A stretch of DNA of 36,012 bases, from sequence record SRR31147125_12107; one strand, given 5' to 3'. A program made the translations under genes and the position numbers. The notes beneath the pieces are model-generated. The model was not told where the DNA came from and made no database searches. It worked only from the letters and a program-made list of their open reading frames with translations. Positions 1 to 9,236 of the stretch are shown one piece after another (position 1 is the stretch's first letter; the number at the start of each line of letters is the position of its first letter).

Positions 1-1065
1 TTCGATCCCCTTCAGAGGAAAATGCGAGTCTTAGTGTGCCACCTTCATCCTCTCTGATCTTTAATACTTCGATATCTTTAATATTGACATTTCGTTCTGA
101 TAATCCATTGGTAATTTGAGATATCATACCAGGTCTATCTTCAACAGATACTAATATATCAAAATGGGGTTTTAAAAAGCCCTTGGTATCGCTTGGAATT
201 GACAATCTATCCCGAGCTGATTTTTCAAAATATTTTTCCAGATTTTTCGCCTCAAGCATCTGTTTCACTTGAATTAGCTCATTAATGTATTGTTCAATGT
301 AGGAGACAATCATGTCTGAATTTGTTTCAAGTATATCGCTCCATATACCATAAGGGCTGGACGCAACCCTCGTCATATCACGAAATCCGCCAGCAGCCAT
401 CTTTAAAAAATGCGCACTTTCTTTTTGACGACTGGCAACTAAATTCATTAAAGCAACAGAAGCCATTTGCGGTAAATGACTTACAGCGGCTGCTATTTCA
501 TCATGCAATTCCGGTAATAACAGAAGAACCTTTGCGCCGAGTCTTTCCAACAACTCACCAAAAGACCTTCGTCTTTTTTCGCTAATAGGTCGGCTGGGAG
601 TCAGCACATAAGTCGTATTTTCAAATAAAAAAGGATCTGCTGCTTTCACACCTCGGAATTCAGACCCGGCCATTGGATGACCACCGATAAAATCACAATC
701 TGCGGGAAGATGTATATTCGCCGTTTCAATTATTTTTCTCTTTGTACTTCCAACATCGGTAATTAACGTATTTGGTTTGACATAACGCCCGATGAGTGGC
801 AAGAGTTTGATGATATCCAGAATAGGCGTGCAAATAAATATCAAATTTGCCTTTTCAACAGCCTCTTTTAGATTATCCAGGGCATATGCTTCATCCAGGA
901 ACTGTCTTTTTGACGCTTGCTTTAGCACATCCGGCGAATCCACCCCAAGAATGGTGCCTTTAAAACCTTTTCTTTTAAAGCCAGCCCCAGTGAACCACCA
1001 ATCAGTCCGATACCGACTATTAAAATATTATCATAGCTTTCATTTGTCGACATTTTCGTTTCCAT
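1..1065 (-). CDS. tyrA: Prephenate dehydrogenase with C-terminal ACT domain (3'-truncated by window edge; apparent frameshift near 975)
   Basis: Manual translation, not in the ORF track. From ATG 1065: METKMSTNESYDNILIVGIGLIGGSLGLALK (Rossmann motif). After one base is restored in an A-run near 975 the frame gives TDVGSTK, FIGGHPMAGSE, HDEIAAAVSHLPQ, GGFRDMTRVASS and the ACT motif VEDRPGMISQIT. Confidence 0.93.
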
Positions 1066-1068
1066 TCC

Positions 1069-2082
1069 TTAAATCCTTTTACCTATGGCCCAGGCTATCA
1101 TACGCAATTCTTCCATTAATCTTGAAAACTGATGAGGATAAAGAGACTGAGCACCATCAGAAAGAGCATGATCCGGATCATGGTGCACCTCAATAATCAA
1201 ACCATCCGCACCCGCGGCAACTGCAGCTCGTGCCATAGGGCTGACCTTGTCCCTGCGCCCGGTTCCATGACTTGGATCCGCGACAATGGGAAGGTGGCTC
1301 AATTTTTTGGTAACAGGAATAGCAGAAATATCTAAAGTATTGCGTGTGTAATTCTCGAATGTTCGAATGCCGCGTTCACACAAAATAACATTATAATTCC
1401 CGCCGGACATAATATACTCGGCAGCCATTAATAATTCCTCAATAGTCGCGGCCATTCCCCTTTTCAGGAGAACAGGTTTTTTAGAGGACCCTATATCCCG
1501 CAACAAGCCAAAATTTTGCATATTTCGTGCACCAATCTGCAGAATATCTACATATTCTGCTACGACATCAATTTGACTGGGTTCCATAACTTCAGAAACA
1601 GTCGCCATTTTGTATTCTTCACCTGCTGCTTTTAAAATTTTCAAACCATCCTTACCCATTCCCTGAAATGAATATGGAGAAGTGCGTGGCTTAAATGCAC
1701 CACCACGTAACACTTTGGCTCCGGAACGTTGAATCTGAGAAGCAATCGTAAAAACTTGCTCTTCATTTTCTATGGAGCAGGGACCAGCTATGACTGTGAT
1801 CTGCTCAGTCCCAAAACTTGCACCTTTTACTTCAACCACTGTATCCTCTGGATGAAATGTACGACTTGCTAATTTATAGGGATCTGTTATTCGAATGACT
1901 TCATGGACACCATCTAAAAGCTCAAATTCTCGAATATCAATATTTCGCTTATCCCCTATAGCTCCAATGATAGTACGTTGAACTCCAACTACCTTATGCA
2001 CCTGGAATCCAATACTCTCTAAACGATCAGCAACAGATTTAATCATAACTTCTGTTGCTGTTTCCTTCATTACAATGACCAC
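1069..2082 (-). CDS. aroF: DAHP synthase (type I-beta, N-terminal ACT-like regulatory domain)
   Basis: Motifs [41 protein letters not shown] and DPSHGTG. The start is probably GTG 2082 (VVIVMK) after GAAGGG, rather than 2133. Confidence 0.95.
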   Translation of the reverse strand: MVIVMKETATEVMIKSVADRLESIGFQVHKVVGVQRTIIGAIGDKRNIDIREFELLDGVHEVIRITDPYKLASRTFHPEDTVVEVKGASFGTEQITVIAGPCSIENEEQVFTIASQIQRSGAKVLRGGAFKPRTSPYSFQGMGKDGLKILKAAGEEYKMATVSEVMEPSQIDVVAEYVDILQIGARNMQNFGLLRDIGSSKKPVLLKRGMAATIEELLMAAEYIMSGGNYNVILCERGIRTFENYTRNTLDISAIPVTKKLSHLPIVADPSHGTGRRDKVSPMARAAVAAGADGLIIEVHHDPDHALSDGAQSLYPHQFSRLMEELRMIAWAIGKRI

Positions 2083-2108
2083 TCGATATATCCCTTCGTT
2101 TAAATATT

Positions 2109-2366
2109 TTATGACATTTGAATATTTCGACAAATTAAAATAATAGTAGAAAATATATTCCGAATATCCTCATCTGAAAGAGGACTCTTATTATTTGTAA
2201 CAAGTCTTTGTATGATTTCAATTTCTCTTTCTTTACTCAAAACAGTTAAATTGTTCCTGTTTTTCTCTTTACCAATCTGTAAAGCCAATTCCGCCCGTTG
2301 CGTAAGAAGATCAAGAATTTGTTCATCAATGCCATCTATTTTTCTTCGTAGTGCCGAAATATCCAT
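2109..2366 (-). CDS. Monofunctional AroQ-type chorismate mutase
   Basis: 85 aa with [30 protein letters not shown] and REIEII, the CM_2 pattern; it lies directly upstream of DAHP synthase. Confidence 0.9.
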   Translation of the reverse strand: MDISALRRKIDGIDEQILDLLTQRAELALQIGKEKNRNNLTVLSKEREIEIIQRLVTNNKSPLSDEDIRNIFSTIILICRNIQMS

Positions 2367-2381
2367 TTTTCATCCTATAAT

Positions 2382-2416
2382 AAAAAAGCCCACTACTTAA
2401 TTTACTAGTAGTGGGC
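2382..2416 (-). terminator. Intrinsic (attenuator) terminator upstream of chorismate mutase
   Basis: Minus strand: GCCCACTACT-AGTAAATTA-AGTAGTGGGC-TTTTTT, a perfect 10-bp stem followed by U6, ending 15 nt before the ATG at 2366. Confidence 0.9.
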
Positions 2417-2466
2417 GAATTTTTCGTTCTATAATATAAGGCTTACTGCAAATTCCTCCCGCTACT
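2407..2466 (-). promoter_or_regulatory. Antiterminator hairpin of the attenuator
   Basis: AGTAGCGGG-AG-GAATTT (2466-2450) can pair with AAATTC-G-CCCACTACT (2422-2407). This overlaps the terminator 5' arm, so the two structures are mutually exclusive. Confidence 0.8.
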
Positions 2467-2526
2467 CAGGACAGCAAAAAAATAATAGTTAAAATAATAA
2501 AAATATTTCACAAAAAACTCGTTCAT
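2443..2526 (-). CDS. Phe/Tyr-rich attenuation leader peptide (27 aa, MNEFFVKYFYYFNYYFFAVLSSGRNLQ)
   Basis: Runs from ATG 2526 to TAA 2443 with GAGAG just upstream. Codons 4-17 contain 6 Phe (TTT) and 5 Tyr (TAT). It lies between the promoter and the terminator of an aromatic amino-acid operon. Confidence 0.85.
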   Translation of the reverse strand: MNEFFVKYFYYFNYYFFAVLSSGRNLQ

Positions 2527-2581
2527 TCTCTCGTCAATTATTCAAAAAGTTTTAATTATTCGTGTATTAATATATTAATAA

Positions 2582-2609
2582 AATATAGTATATTAAAGCG
2601 TACTGTCAA
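2582..2609 (-). promoter_or_regulatory. Sigma70-type promoter for leader-aroQ-aroF-tyrA
   Basis: TTGACA-16 nt-TATATT on the minus strand, about 55 nt upstream of the leader ATG. Confidence 0.65.
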
Positions 2610-2650
2610 GTCTTTTTTACTATTTTTGGTTACTTTTTTGCAATCACAAA

Positions 2651-3046
2651 TCATTCTTGTGCCTTGTAGTTGGCAGATTTATATTCTGCCTTTACGAAGG
2701 TATGGATATTTCCTCGCGGATTGAAATCTCCTTTCACCTCCATAAATCGAGGTTCAAGTACACCGACCAGGGCGTCTAATATTTCATTCACCACTTCTTC
2801 ATGAAAAATGCCGCGGTCGCGGAATTTGTTAATGAATAATTTATATGACTTTAACTCCAGGCAGTATTTATCGGGTATATATCTTATTTCAATAGTTGCA
2901 AAATCCGGATATCCGGTTCTTGGGCAAAGACATGTAAATTCAGGATTTGCAATCAATATTTCATAATCTCTGTTGGGATATTTATTATCAAATACCTCCA
3001 ATTTGGATTCAATAATTTCTTTCTGTCCCCTTTTTACTTCGTCCAC
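2651..3046 (-). CDS. queF: NADPH-dependent preQ0 reductase (short, unimodular type)
   Basis: PEFTCLCPRTGYPDFA, the QueF motif LELKSYKLF, HEEV and FNPRGNI. Confidence 0.93.
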   Translation of the reverse strand: MDEVKRGQKEIIESKLEVFDNKYPNRDYEILIANPEFTCLCPRTGYPDFATIEIRYIPDKYCLELKSYKLFINKFRDRGIFHEEVVNEILDALVGVLEPRFMEVKGDFNPRGNIHTFVKAEYKSANYKAQE

Positions 3047-3084
3047 TTTTTACCTCTTTCGTCACATTTACTTCTAATCGTCAT

Positions 3085-3770
3085 TTATTCAATATATTTA
3101 TTATACTGGATAGGATCAACGAGACCCAGTTGAGAAAATCCAGCTATTCGAATTCGACAGCTTTCACACAATCCACAGGCCAATCCATCCGATGTCGGTT
3201 CATAGCAACTCAACGTCAAAGAATAATCGACACCAAGGTCGAGACCTTTTTTGATGATATCCGCCTTGTTCATATATTGCAGAGGAGCATGAATTCTGAT
3301 TTTTTTCCTTCCACACCAGCTTTTGTGGCCAAATTAGCCATTTGCTCAAACGATTGTATATACTCCGGACGACAATCCGGATATCCACTGTAGTCAAGCG
3401 AATTGGCTCCGATAAAAATGTCATATGCCCCGATAACTTCAGCAAAAGCCAACGCATAAGACAAAAATATTGTATTCCGGGCAGGCACATAAGTAACCGG
3501 AATTGTTCCAGGCGCTGTCTCCTGATGAGGAACAGAGATATCATCTGTCAGTGCAGAGCCACCAAATTTGTCCAGATTAAGATCAAGTACCTGGTGCTGA
3601 TGTACTTTTAATTGTTTTGCAATCGCTCTGGCCGCATCCACTTCCTTCCTGGCTTTCTGACCATAAATAAAGCTGAGTGCGTAAACCTGATAGTGTTCTG
3701 ACAGGGCAATCGCCAATGTGGTTGCAGAATCCAATCCACCACTTAATAATGTAACAGCTTTTGTATCCAT
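3085..3770 (-). CDS. queC: 7-cyano-7-deazaguanine synthase (split at an A7 run, 3300-3306)
   Basis: [14 protein letters not shown] and GYPDCR in the 3270..3770 ORF; SCY and CGLCESC in the 3085..3273 ORF. One added A gives [19 protein letters not shown]. Confidence 0.93.
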
Positions 3771-3789
3771 AATAACTTTTTCAGCTGAT

Positions 3790-4164
3790 TTAATCCTGAT
3801 CTTTTGTATATTTTACCGAGAATTTATCTGTTTCAAAGACTTCTACACTTTGTATGCCAACATGATCGGGTAATTTGTCTTCCATCGTATCATAAAAGTG
3901 TCTGGCAAAATTTTCAGAAGTTGGATTCACTTTATCAAATGGTGGAACCTCGTTAACCAGCCGATGATCATATTGCTGCAGGCATTCATCAAGTAACTTT
4001 TGAATTTCCAAAAGATCGATGACCATGCCAAGTTGATCAAGTTCGTTACTATAAATGGCCACTTTAACCTTCCAATTATGCCCGTGCATTCTTTTACACG
4101 CTCCAGGATAATTGACAAGATGATGGGCTGCTGAAAATTCTGATTCAACTGTTAGTAAATACAT
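3790..4164 (-). CDS. queD: 6-carboxytetrahydropterin synthase
   Basis: [20 protein letters not shown] and NPTSENFA; adjacent to queC. Confidence 0.93.
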   Translation of the reverse strand: MYLLTVESEFSAAHHLVNYPGACKRMHGHNWKVKVAIYSNELDQLGMVIDLLEIQKLLDECLQQYDHRLVNEVPPFDKVNPTSENFARHFYDTMEDKLPDHVGIQSVEVFETDKFSVKYTKDQD

Positions 4165-4173
4165 TAAAATATC

Positions 4174-5391
4174 CTAACAAAAATTTTCTTTTACTTTAAG
4201 TATTGCCTTTATTATATCATCCATGTCACTCTGCTCACCCAAAAGAATATTCTGTGTAAACCAGATACCTTCCTCTGAACATGCCTTTTCGGATTCCGGA
4301 CAATAAAAATCTGTATAATCAATTGCCAGATCTATTTGTTTCCCGCGTGGGCCAAAGGCCTTGTTTACAAAAACCGGTTGTTTATAGAGAGGCAGAGAAT
4401 ATCCCGGACTTGTAGGTATACCCTCTTTTCTTAAAGCATTAATAAAATCATTCTTGGATTTATTTCCGAAAAACTCTTTTTTATATCGAAATATATAAAG
4501 ATGACAGGAATGATTTGTAACATCAGGATCATCTCTCAATAGTTCAACACCTTCTATTCCAGCAAGATGTGTATTGAGATACGAAAAATTTTCCTGCCGA
4601 ATTTCCTTTAATTCTTCATATCTGTCAAATTGTGCTAATAAAATCGCAGATTGTAATTCCGTTATTCTTGTATTCCCGCCAAAATAAAAATGCTCATACC
4701 ACTCGCCATCTTCGCTTCGGCCACAATTATGATGCGATTGGGCCATTTTAGCTACCATCTCATCGTTGGTAACAATAATTCCACCTTCTCCGGCAGAAAT
4801 ATTTTTTGAAGATTGAAAGCTAAAACAACCGGCATCACCGATTGCTCCTACACGAGACCCTTTCCATTCTGAACCCCAGGCCTGGGCAGCATCTTCAATG
4901 ACTTTCAGGTTATATTTTTTCGCCAAAGCTAAAATAGCATCCATATTTGCCGGACGACCGGCAAAATGCACAGGCATAATCGCAGCTGTGTTGTCGTTGA
5001 TTTTTTCTTCTGCTTTTTGCACATCTATATTATATGTGTCTGGTTCAATATCGACAAATACCGGGATGCAACCACTATCAACAACAGCCGTGGCTGTTGC
5101 GATAAATGTATACGCCGGAACGATAACTTCTGTTCCCGCATCTACATCCGCCGCTTTAAGGGCGATACTTAAGGCTGTCGTACCACTATTGACACAAATG
5201 CCATATTTGGCCATTTGATACTTTGCAAACTTTTGTTCAAATTCACTGGTTTTAGTACCTTTTAATCTACCCCATTGACCACTTTTAATAACTTCCTTGA
5301 CATTATTTAATTCTTCATCTCCCCAAATTGGCCATTTGGGAAATGGTTTTGTTCGAATAGGGGAACCACCATTAATAGCCAGTTCGCTCAT
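4174..5391 (-). CDS. DegT/DnrJ/EryC1/StrS PLP-dependent sugar aminotransferase
   Basis: NSGTTAL, IEDAAQAWG and FSFQSSKNISAGEGG (PLP lysine). It has its own GGAGG (5397-5401) before ATG 5391 (MSELAINGG). It forms the C-terminal 405 aa of the 718-aa ORF. Confidence 0.88.
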   Translation of the reverse strand: MSELAINGGSPIRTKPFPKWPIWGDEELNNVKEVIKSGQWGRLKGTKTSEFEQKFAKYQMAKYGICVNSGTTALSIALKAADVDAGTEVIVPAYTFIATATAVVDSGCIPVFVDIEPDTYNIDVQKAEEKINDNTAAIMPVHFAGRPANMDAILALAKKYNLKVIEDAAQAWGSEWKGSRVGAIGDAGCFSFQSSKNISAGEGGIIVTNDEMVAKMAQSHHNCGRSEDGEWYEHFYFGGNTRITELQSAILLAQFDRYEELKEIRQENFSYLNTHLAGIEGVELLRDDPDVTNHSCHLYIFRYKKEFFGNKSKNDFINALRKEGIPTSPGYSLPLYKQPVFVNKAFGPRGKQIDLAIDYTDFYCPESEKACSEEGIWFTQNILLGEQSDMDDIIKAILKVKENFC

Positions 5392-5404
5392 AAGATCCTC
5401 CAAT

Positions 5405-6039
5405 TTAGTATTCGTCTCGAAAAATCCAAATTCTTGCAATTCATTTTTCAATAACGATGTTGTTTTGTAATGTATACCATGCATGCCCACTTTTTTCGCC
5501 CCTTCAACGTTCTCTGCAAGGTCATCGATAAACAGGCAATTTTGAGCAGAGACGTTAAATTTGTTGATGGCAGAATAATAAATGTCTTTTTCTGGTTTTA
5601 ACGAATGAGCCTCAAAAGACGTAGTTGGCTGATGGAAAATTTCAAGTATGGAATAATGTTCCATAATATAGTTATAATGAAGCTCATCTGTGTTGCTAAT
5701 AATGGATAATTGTACATTCTGCAACAACTGTTGAGCTAATTCAAGTGTTGCTTTATTAAGATCAAAAATATTGACATAAGCATCACAAAAGGTTTGATAA
5801 TCTAAATTATTCTCAAAGCGTGTACTAATCTGTTGAAAAAAAGTCCTGCTATCTAAAAAGCCTTTCTCAAATAGCAAAAGTTCATCATAACACGTGCTCA
5901 TTTGCTTTAAAAGTGCAGCCTCGCTGAGTTTTGAGATTGCGGTCAGATTTTCTACCAATTTGTCCTGATAAACATTTACAAGAACGCCACCTAAATCAAA
6001 AAAAATGATTTCAATTTTTCCTGGTTCTGTTCTCGTCAA
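5405..6039 (-). CDS. HAD-family phosphatase (YihX-like)
   Basis: IFFDLGGVL, IISNT, KP and LFIDDLAENVEGA. It forms the middle part of the 718-aa ORF; the boundaries are inferred (TTG 6039, alternative-frame TAA at 5405-5407). Confidence 0.78.
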
Positions 6040-6052
6040 AGTTTTCCCTTTT

Positions 6053-7127
6053 TCAAGCATCACTTTTTTTGCACTATGATTAGGTTCTATTGTCAGCGGG
6101 TATGGATCCAGCTCTAATTCTTTTAATTTCTCGATCAATTTCTGTTGTTCAGACTTGCCCCGTGCCACAAATTGAACACAACCATCACCCTGTGATCCTA
6201 CACCCTTGCCGCCATAATGAAGTGAAGCAATTTCCGGATTGGTTAAAACAAAATGAAGTGTTGGAGACAATAATTCTTCAGGGCAGGCAGGCGCTAAAAA
6301 ATGATCCAGAAATCTTTGAGCTTCCACCATCAGACCGCCCAGACGCTCTTCATCCCCCCTGTCAGGGCTTCACTGGCACGATAAACGATATCTTTGTTTA
6401 GCGGACCGAGATAATATCGCGCATCCTCACCCACTTTTCCACCACTTTTTGGGTAACAAGCGTTTAGATCAGCAAGAATTTTTTGTGTATTTTTACCTGC
6501 GTTCAAATCAGCAATAACAAAATAGATTGGTTTTTTTGGTGATAATTCCTGCACATCTGTCTTTTCACCATCAAAAGTCATAAAAACAGGTGTGCCTCCA
6601 TAAGCACAAGCCTGATCCATTCGACCACAGCGAGATGGGGTCAGAATCTCACCCTGGTAGGCGATTTCCATTTCACCACGTTTAGTCAGTTTTAGATCAT
6701 ATAACTGATTAAATGCCCGGGCCACGAGTACATTATTTGCGGCTGAGGAAGAAAGCCCTTTACGAATCGGTAAATCCATCTTGTAAGATTGAATTTCCAA
6801 TCCTTTAACTCTGTAATGACAAAGAGCATGATAGGCAACACCTGCCGAATAACTATAAAATCCACCTTCTTCTGCCACTTTAAGCAGAGTTTGTGGTTTC
6901 ATTTCTATTTCATGTGGCCCCAACACCTTACCGTCAGGTAATGTTGTCGTAAGAATCAATTTAGACGGGTGAGCTTTTGCTTTTGCGTATATCCCCTGAT
7001 TTGTTCCGACTATCAAACAATAGCCTTTGTGAATCGAAGCATCAATTCTTCGATAACCACCCGCCCAATCTGAATGTTCACCAAACAGACATAATCGTCC
7101 TGGTACAAACAAATCCACTTCTTCCAT
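6053..7127 (-). CDS. GHMP-family (galactokinase/mevalonate kinase-like) sugar kinase, split at a G6 run near 6357
   Basis: PGRLCLFGEHSDW, PIRKGLSSSAA and GRMDQ, then GGKGVGSQGDG in the next frame. One extra G gives GGDEERLGGLMVEAQ. Start ATG 7127 follows GGAG; the 3' end is inferred. Confidence 0.82.
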
Positions 7128-7243
7128 AGCTATTCTCCATTCAATAGTAACCCATACATACGGACATGGTACAGAGTTCTTCACCCATTTTCGCCCACTC
7201 TCTGCACATACCCTTTTAATTCAATTGCAACACAAAATTTAGA

Positions 7244-7271
7244 AGTATATAATATACAAATGATTCTTCAA
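7244..7271 (-). promoter_or_regulatory. Putative sigma70 promoter for the kinase-HAD-DegT-que unit
   Basis: TTGAAG-16 nt-TATACT on the minus strand. Confidence 0.4.
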
Positions 7272-7387
7272 GTATACAACAAGAAAAGATCAATTCACCT
7301 GTAGAGAGATTGATAAAATTTATCTCGCATGAAAATAAACGTAAAAGCAGGGTAACATTCAGGAGATCCCAAGATCTTAATGTAGAT

Positions 7388-8338
7388 CTAATCTGTACCC
7401 TGGAAAAGTGCTCCTACAGAATCCCCCATATGAATAGCATAGATAGCTTTGGCAAACAAATCACCAACAGTCAGAATTTTGATCTTTTTATACTGTTCGA
7501 GATGTTTCACAGGTAGTGTATTGGTCACAAGAATCTCTTCTATGTCTGATGATAACAAATTGGTTAACGCATCACCAGAAAAATATCCATGTGTAGTGCT
7601 GGCATAAAGTCGCTTGGCATTATGCTCTTTTAATATCTTGGCCGCTTCTATCATGGAACGGGCAGACAGGATTTCATCATCAAAAATCAGGACATCTTTA
7701 TTACGCACATCTCCAATAATATTTTCAACGATTACTTTTTCCTGATCCCCTATTCGTTGCTTATCTAAAACAACAAGAGGTAAATTCAACGCCTTGGCAA
7801 AGTCACGCGAGTTTTTGGCACTCCCAACATCCGGAGCAGCAACAACCGCATTATTCAAGTCCTTTGTTTTCATATAATTTAAAATAATTTCATTGGATAA
7901 AAGCTGATCGACCGGTATGTGAGAAAATCCCATAATTTGTGGTGAATGAAGATTCATGGTTAAAATTCGATCAGCACCAGCCGCTTGCAAAAGATCAGAA
8001 ACAAGACGTGCTGTTATGGAAATTCGCGGTTCATCTTTTTTATCTGATCTGGCGTAAAAGTAATAGGGTAATACAGCTGTTATCCGTTTTACCGACGCGT
8101 ATTTTAACGCATCTATAATAATCAAAAGTTCTATGAGATGCTCATTGACCGGCGATGAAGCCGTTTGAATAACAAAGACATCGTCATTTCGTACATTTTC
8201 TTCTATGTTTACCTTGATATTCTCATTGCTGAATTTGTGTATCCTCATCTTTCCCTGGGAAAGTCCCAGGTGAGTACATATCTCCATTGCCAGATCTGGA
8301 TTACTGTTGCCAAAAAATATTTTAAGCTCGGTTGCCAT
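7388..8338 (-). CDS. prs: Ribose-phosphate pyrophosphokinase
   Basis: FSNENIKV, PYYFYAR, LHSPQI, APDVG, IIGDV, FDDEI, THG and VTNT. Confidence 0.9.
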   Translation of the reverse strand: MATELKIFFGNSNPDLAMEICTHLGLSQGKMRIHKFSNENIKVNIEENVRNDDVFVIQTASSPVNEHLIELLIIIDALKYASVKRITAVLPYYFYARSDKKDEPRISITARLVSDLLQAAGADRILTMNLHSPQIMGFSHIPVDQLLSNEIILNYMKTKDLNNAVVAAPDVGSAKNSRDFAKALNLPLVVLDKQRIGDQEKVIVENIIGDVRNKDVLIFDDEILSARSMIEAAKILKEHNAKRLYASTTHGYFSGDALTNLLSSDIEEILVTNTLPVKHLEQYKKIKILTVGDLFAKAIYAIHMGDSVGALFQGTD

Positions 8339-8459
8339 TTGCTTACCTTTTATTTGTAGTTGTACAAATAGGATGCTCTCTTATATGTTCACCGGAAACA
8401 GCATAAAGAATTTCATATTACAATTGACGTTACAATATGAAAATATAATTTATTCCACA

Positions 8460-9218
8460 TTATTTTATATAGTCGGTTTTAAATTTTTCAAAATCCGGAA
8501 AAATGACCCTGTGCCCTACTTTTTCTATTAGTTTTTTAGCTTCAAATATGGCAGTCACCCGGGAAATTGTCTCCCGTGCTGTTCCCGCCATATTTGCAAG
8601 GTCCTGTTGCACGGGTAATTTGGGTATAATCATAGAATTCCCGCGGCAATATCCTGTTTGTTCAGCAACACGAATGAGAGTCGCTCCAATTCGTCCCACA
8701 GCATTCTTTAATGTCAAATTTTCAATCTGAGCATTTGCGATCCGAATTCTGTTAGCCAATACTTTTAATAACTCGATGGAAATCTGCGGATGTTTTTCAA
8801 TAAGAACCAGAAATTCACTCCGGGTTAATAATAAAAGCTCCGAATCATCCATGGCAACCACATTTGCTGAACGTCCTTTACCATCCAAAAGAGCGAGTTC
8901 TCCAAAAAAATCACCTGTTTTGAGTATTGTTATAATGACCTCTCTTCCCTCTTCACTGGTTCGGGTAATTTTAACAGTACCTTTCAATATAATGAACAGT
9001 ATTTGCCCGGCTTGATCCTCGACTAATATAAGATCGTCCTTTGCGTAACGCCTTTGCTCACATTGATCAGCAATCTTTTCAATCTCTTCGTTGTTCATCT
9101 TTGTAAATACCGGCACTCTTTTCATCAAACGAAGAACTTTTCCTTCTACCATTTTTACACTCTCTGCTCTGTAAAAGTCCGGATTAAAAAAGGGCTGAAA
9201 ATATTCAAAAATTTCCAA
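8460..9218 (-). CDS. Crp/Fnr-family transcriptional regulator
   Basis: cNMP-binding motifs GDFFGELALL and RSANV; HTH QQDLANMAGTARETISR. The real start may be ATG 9152. Confidence 0.92.
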   Translation of the reverse strand: MEIFEYFQPFFNPDFYRAESVKMVEGKVLRLMKRVPVFTKMNNEEIEKIADQCEQRRYAKDDLILVEDQAGQILFIILKGTVKITRTSEEGREVIITILKTGDFFGELALLDGKGRSANVVAMDDSELLLLTRSEFLVLIEKHPQISIELLKVLANRIRIANAQIENLTLKNAVGRIGATLIRVAEQTGYCRGNSMIIPKLPVQQDLANMAGTARETISRVTAIFEAKKLIEKVGHRVIFPDFEKFKTDYIK

Positions 9219-9236
9219 CCCCGCGAATTTACATAA

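Noticed and set aside
2651-4164. Dpd/7-deazaguanine DNA-modification defence island
   Set aside because: No dpdA/tgt-like, dpdB or nuclease genes are present, and queF points toward the tRNA queuosine route.
3046-4174. preQ1-I riboswitch next to the que genes
   Set aside because: The intergenic gaps are only 9-38 nt, and I see no preQ1-I stem-loop with an A-rich tail.
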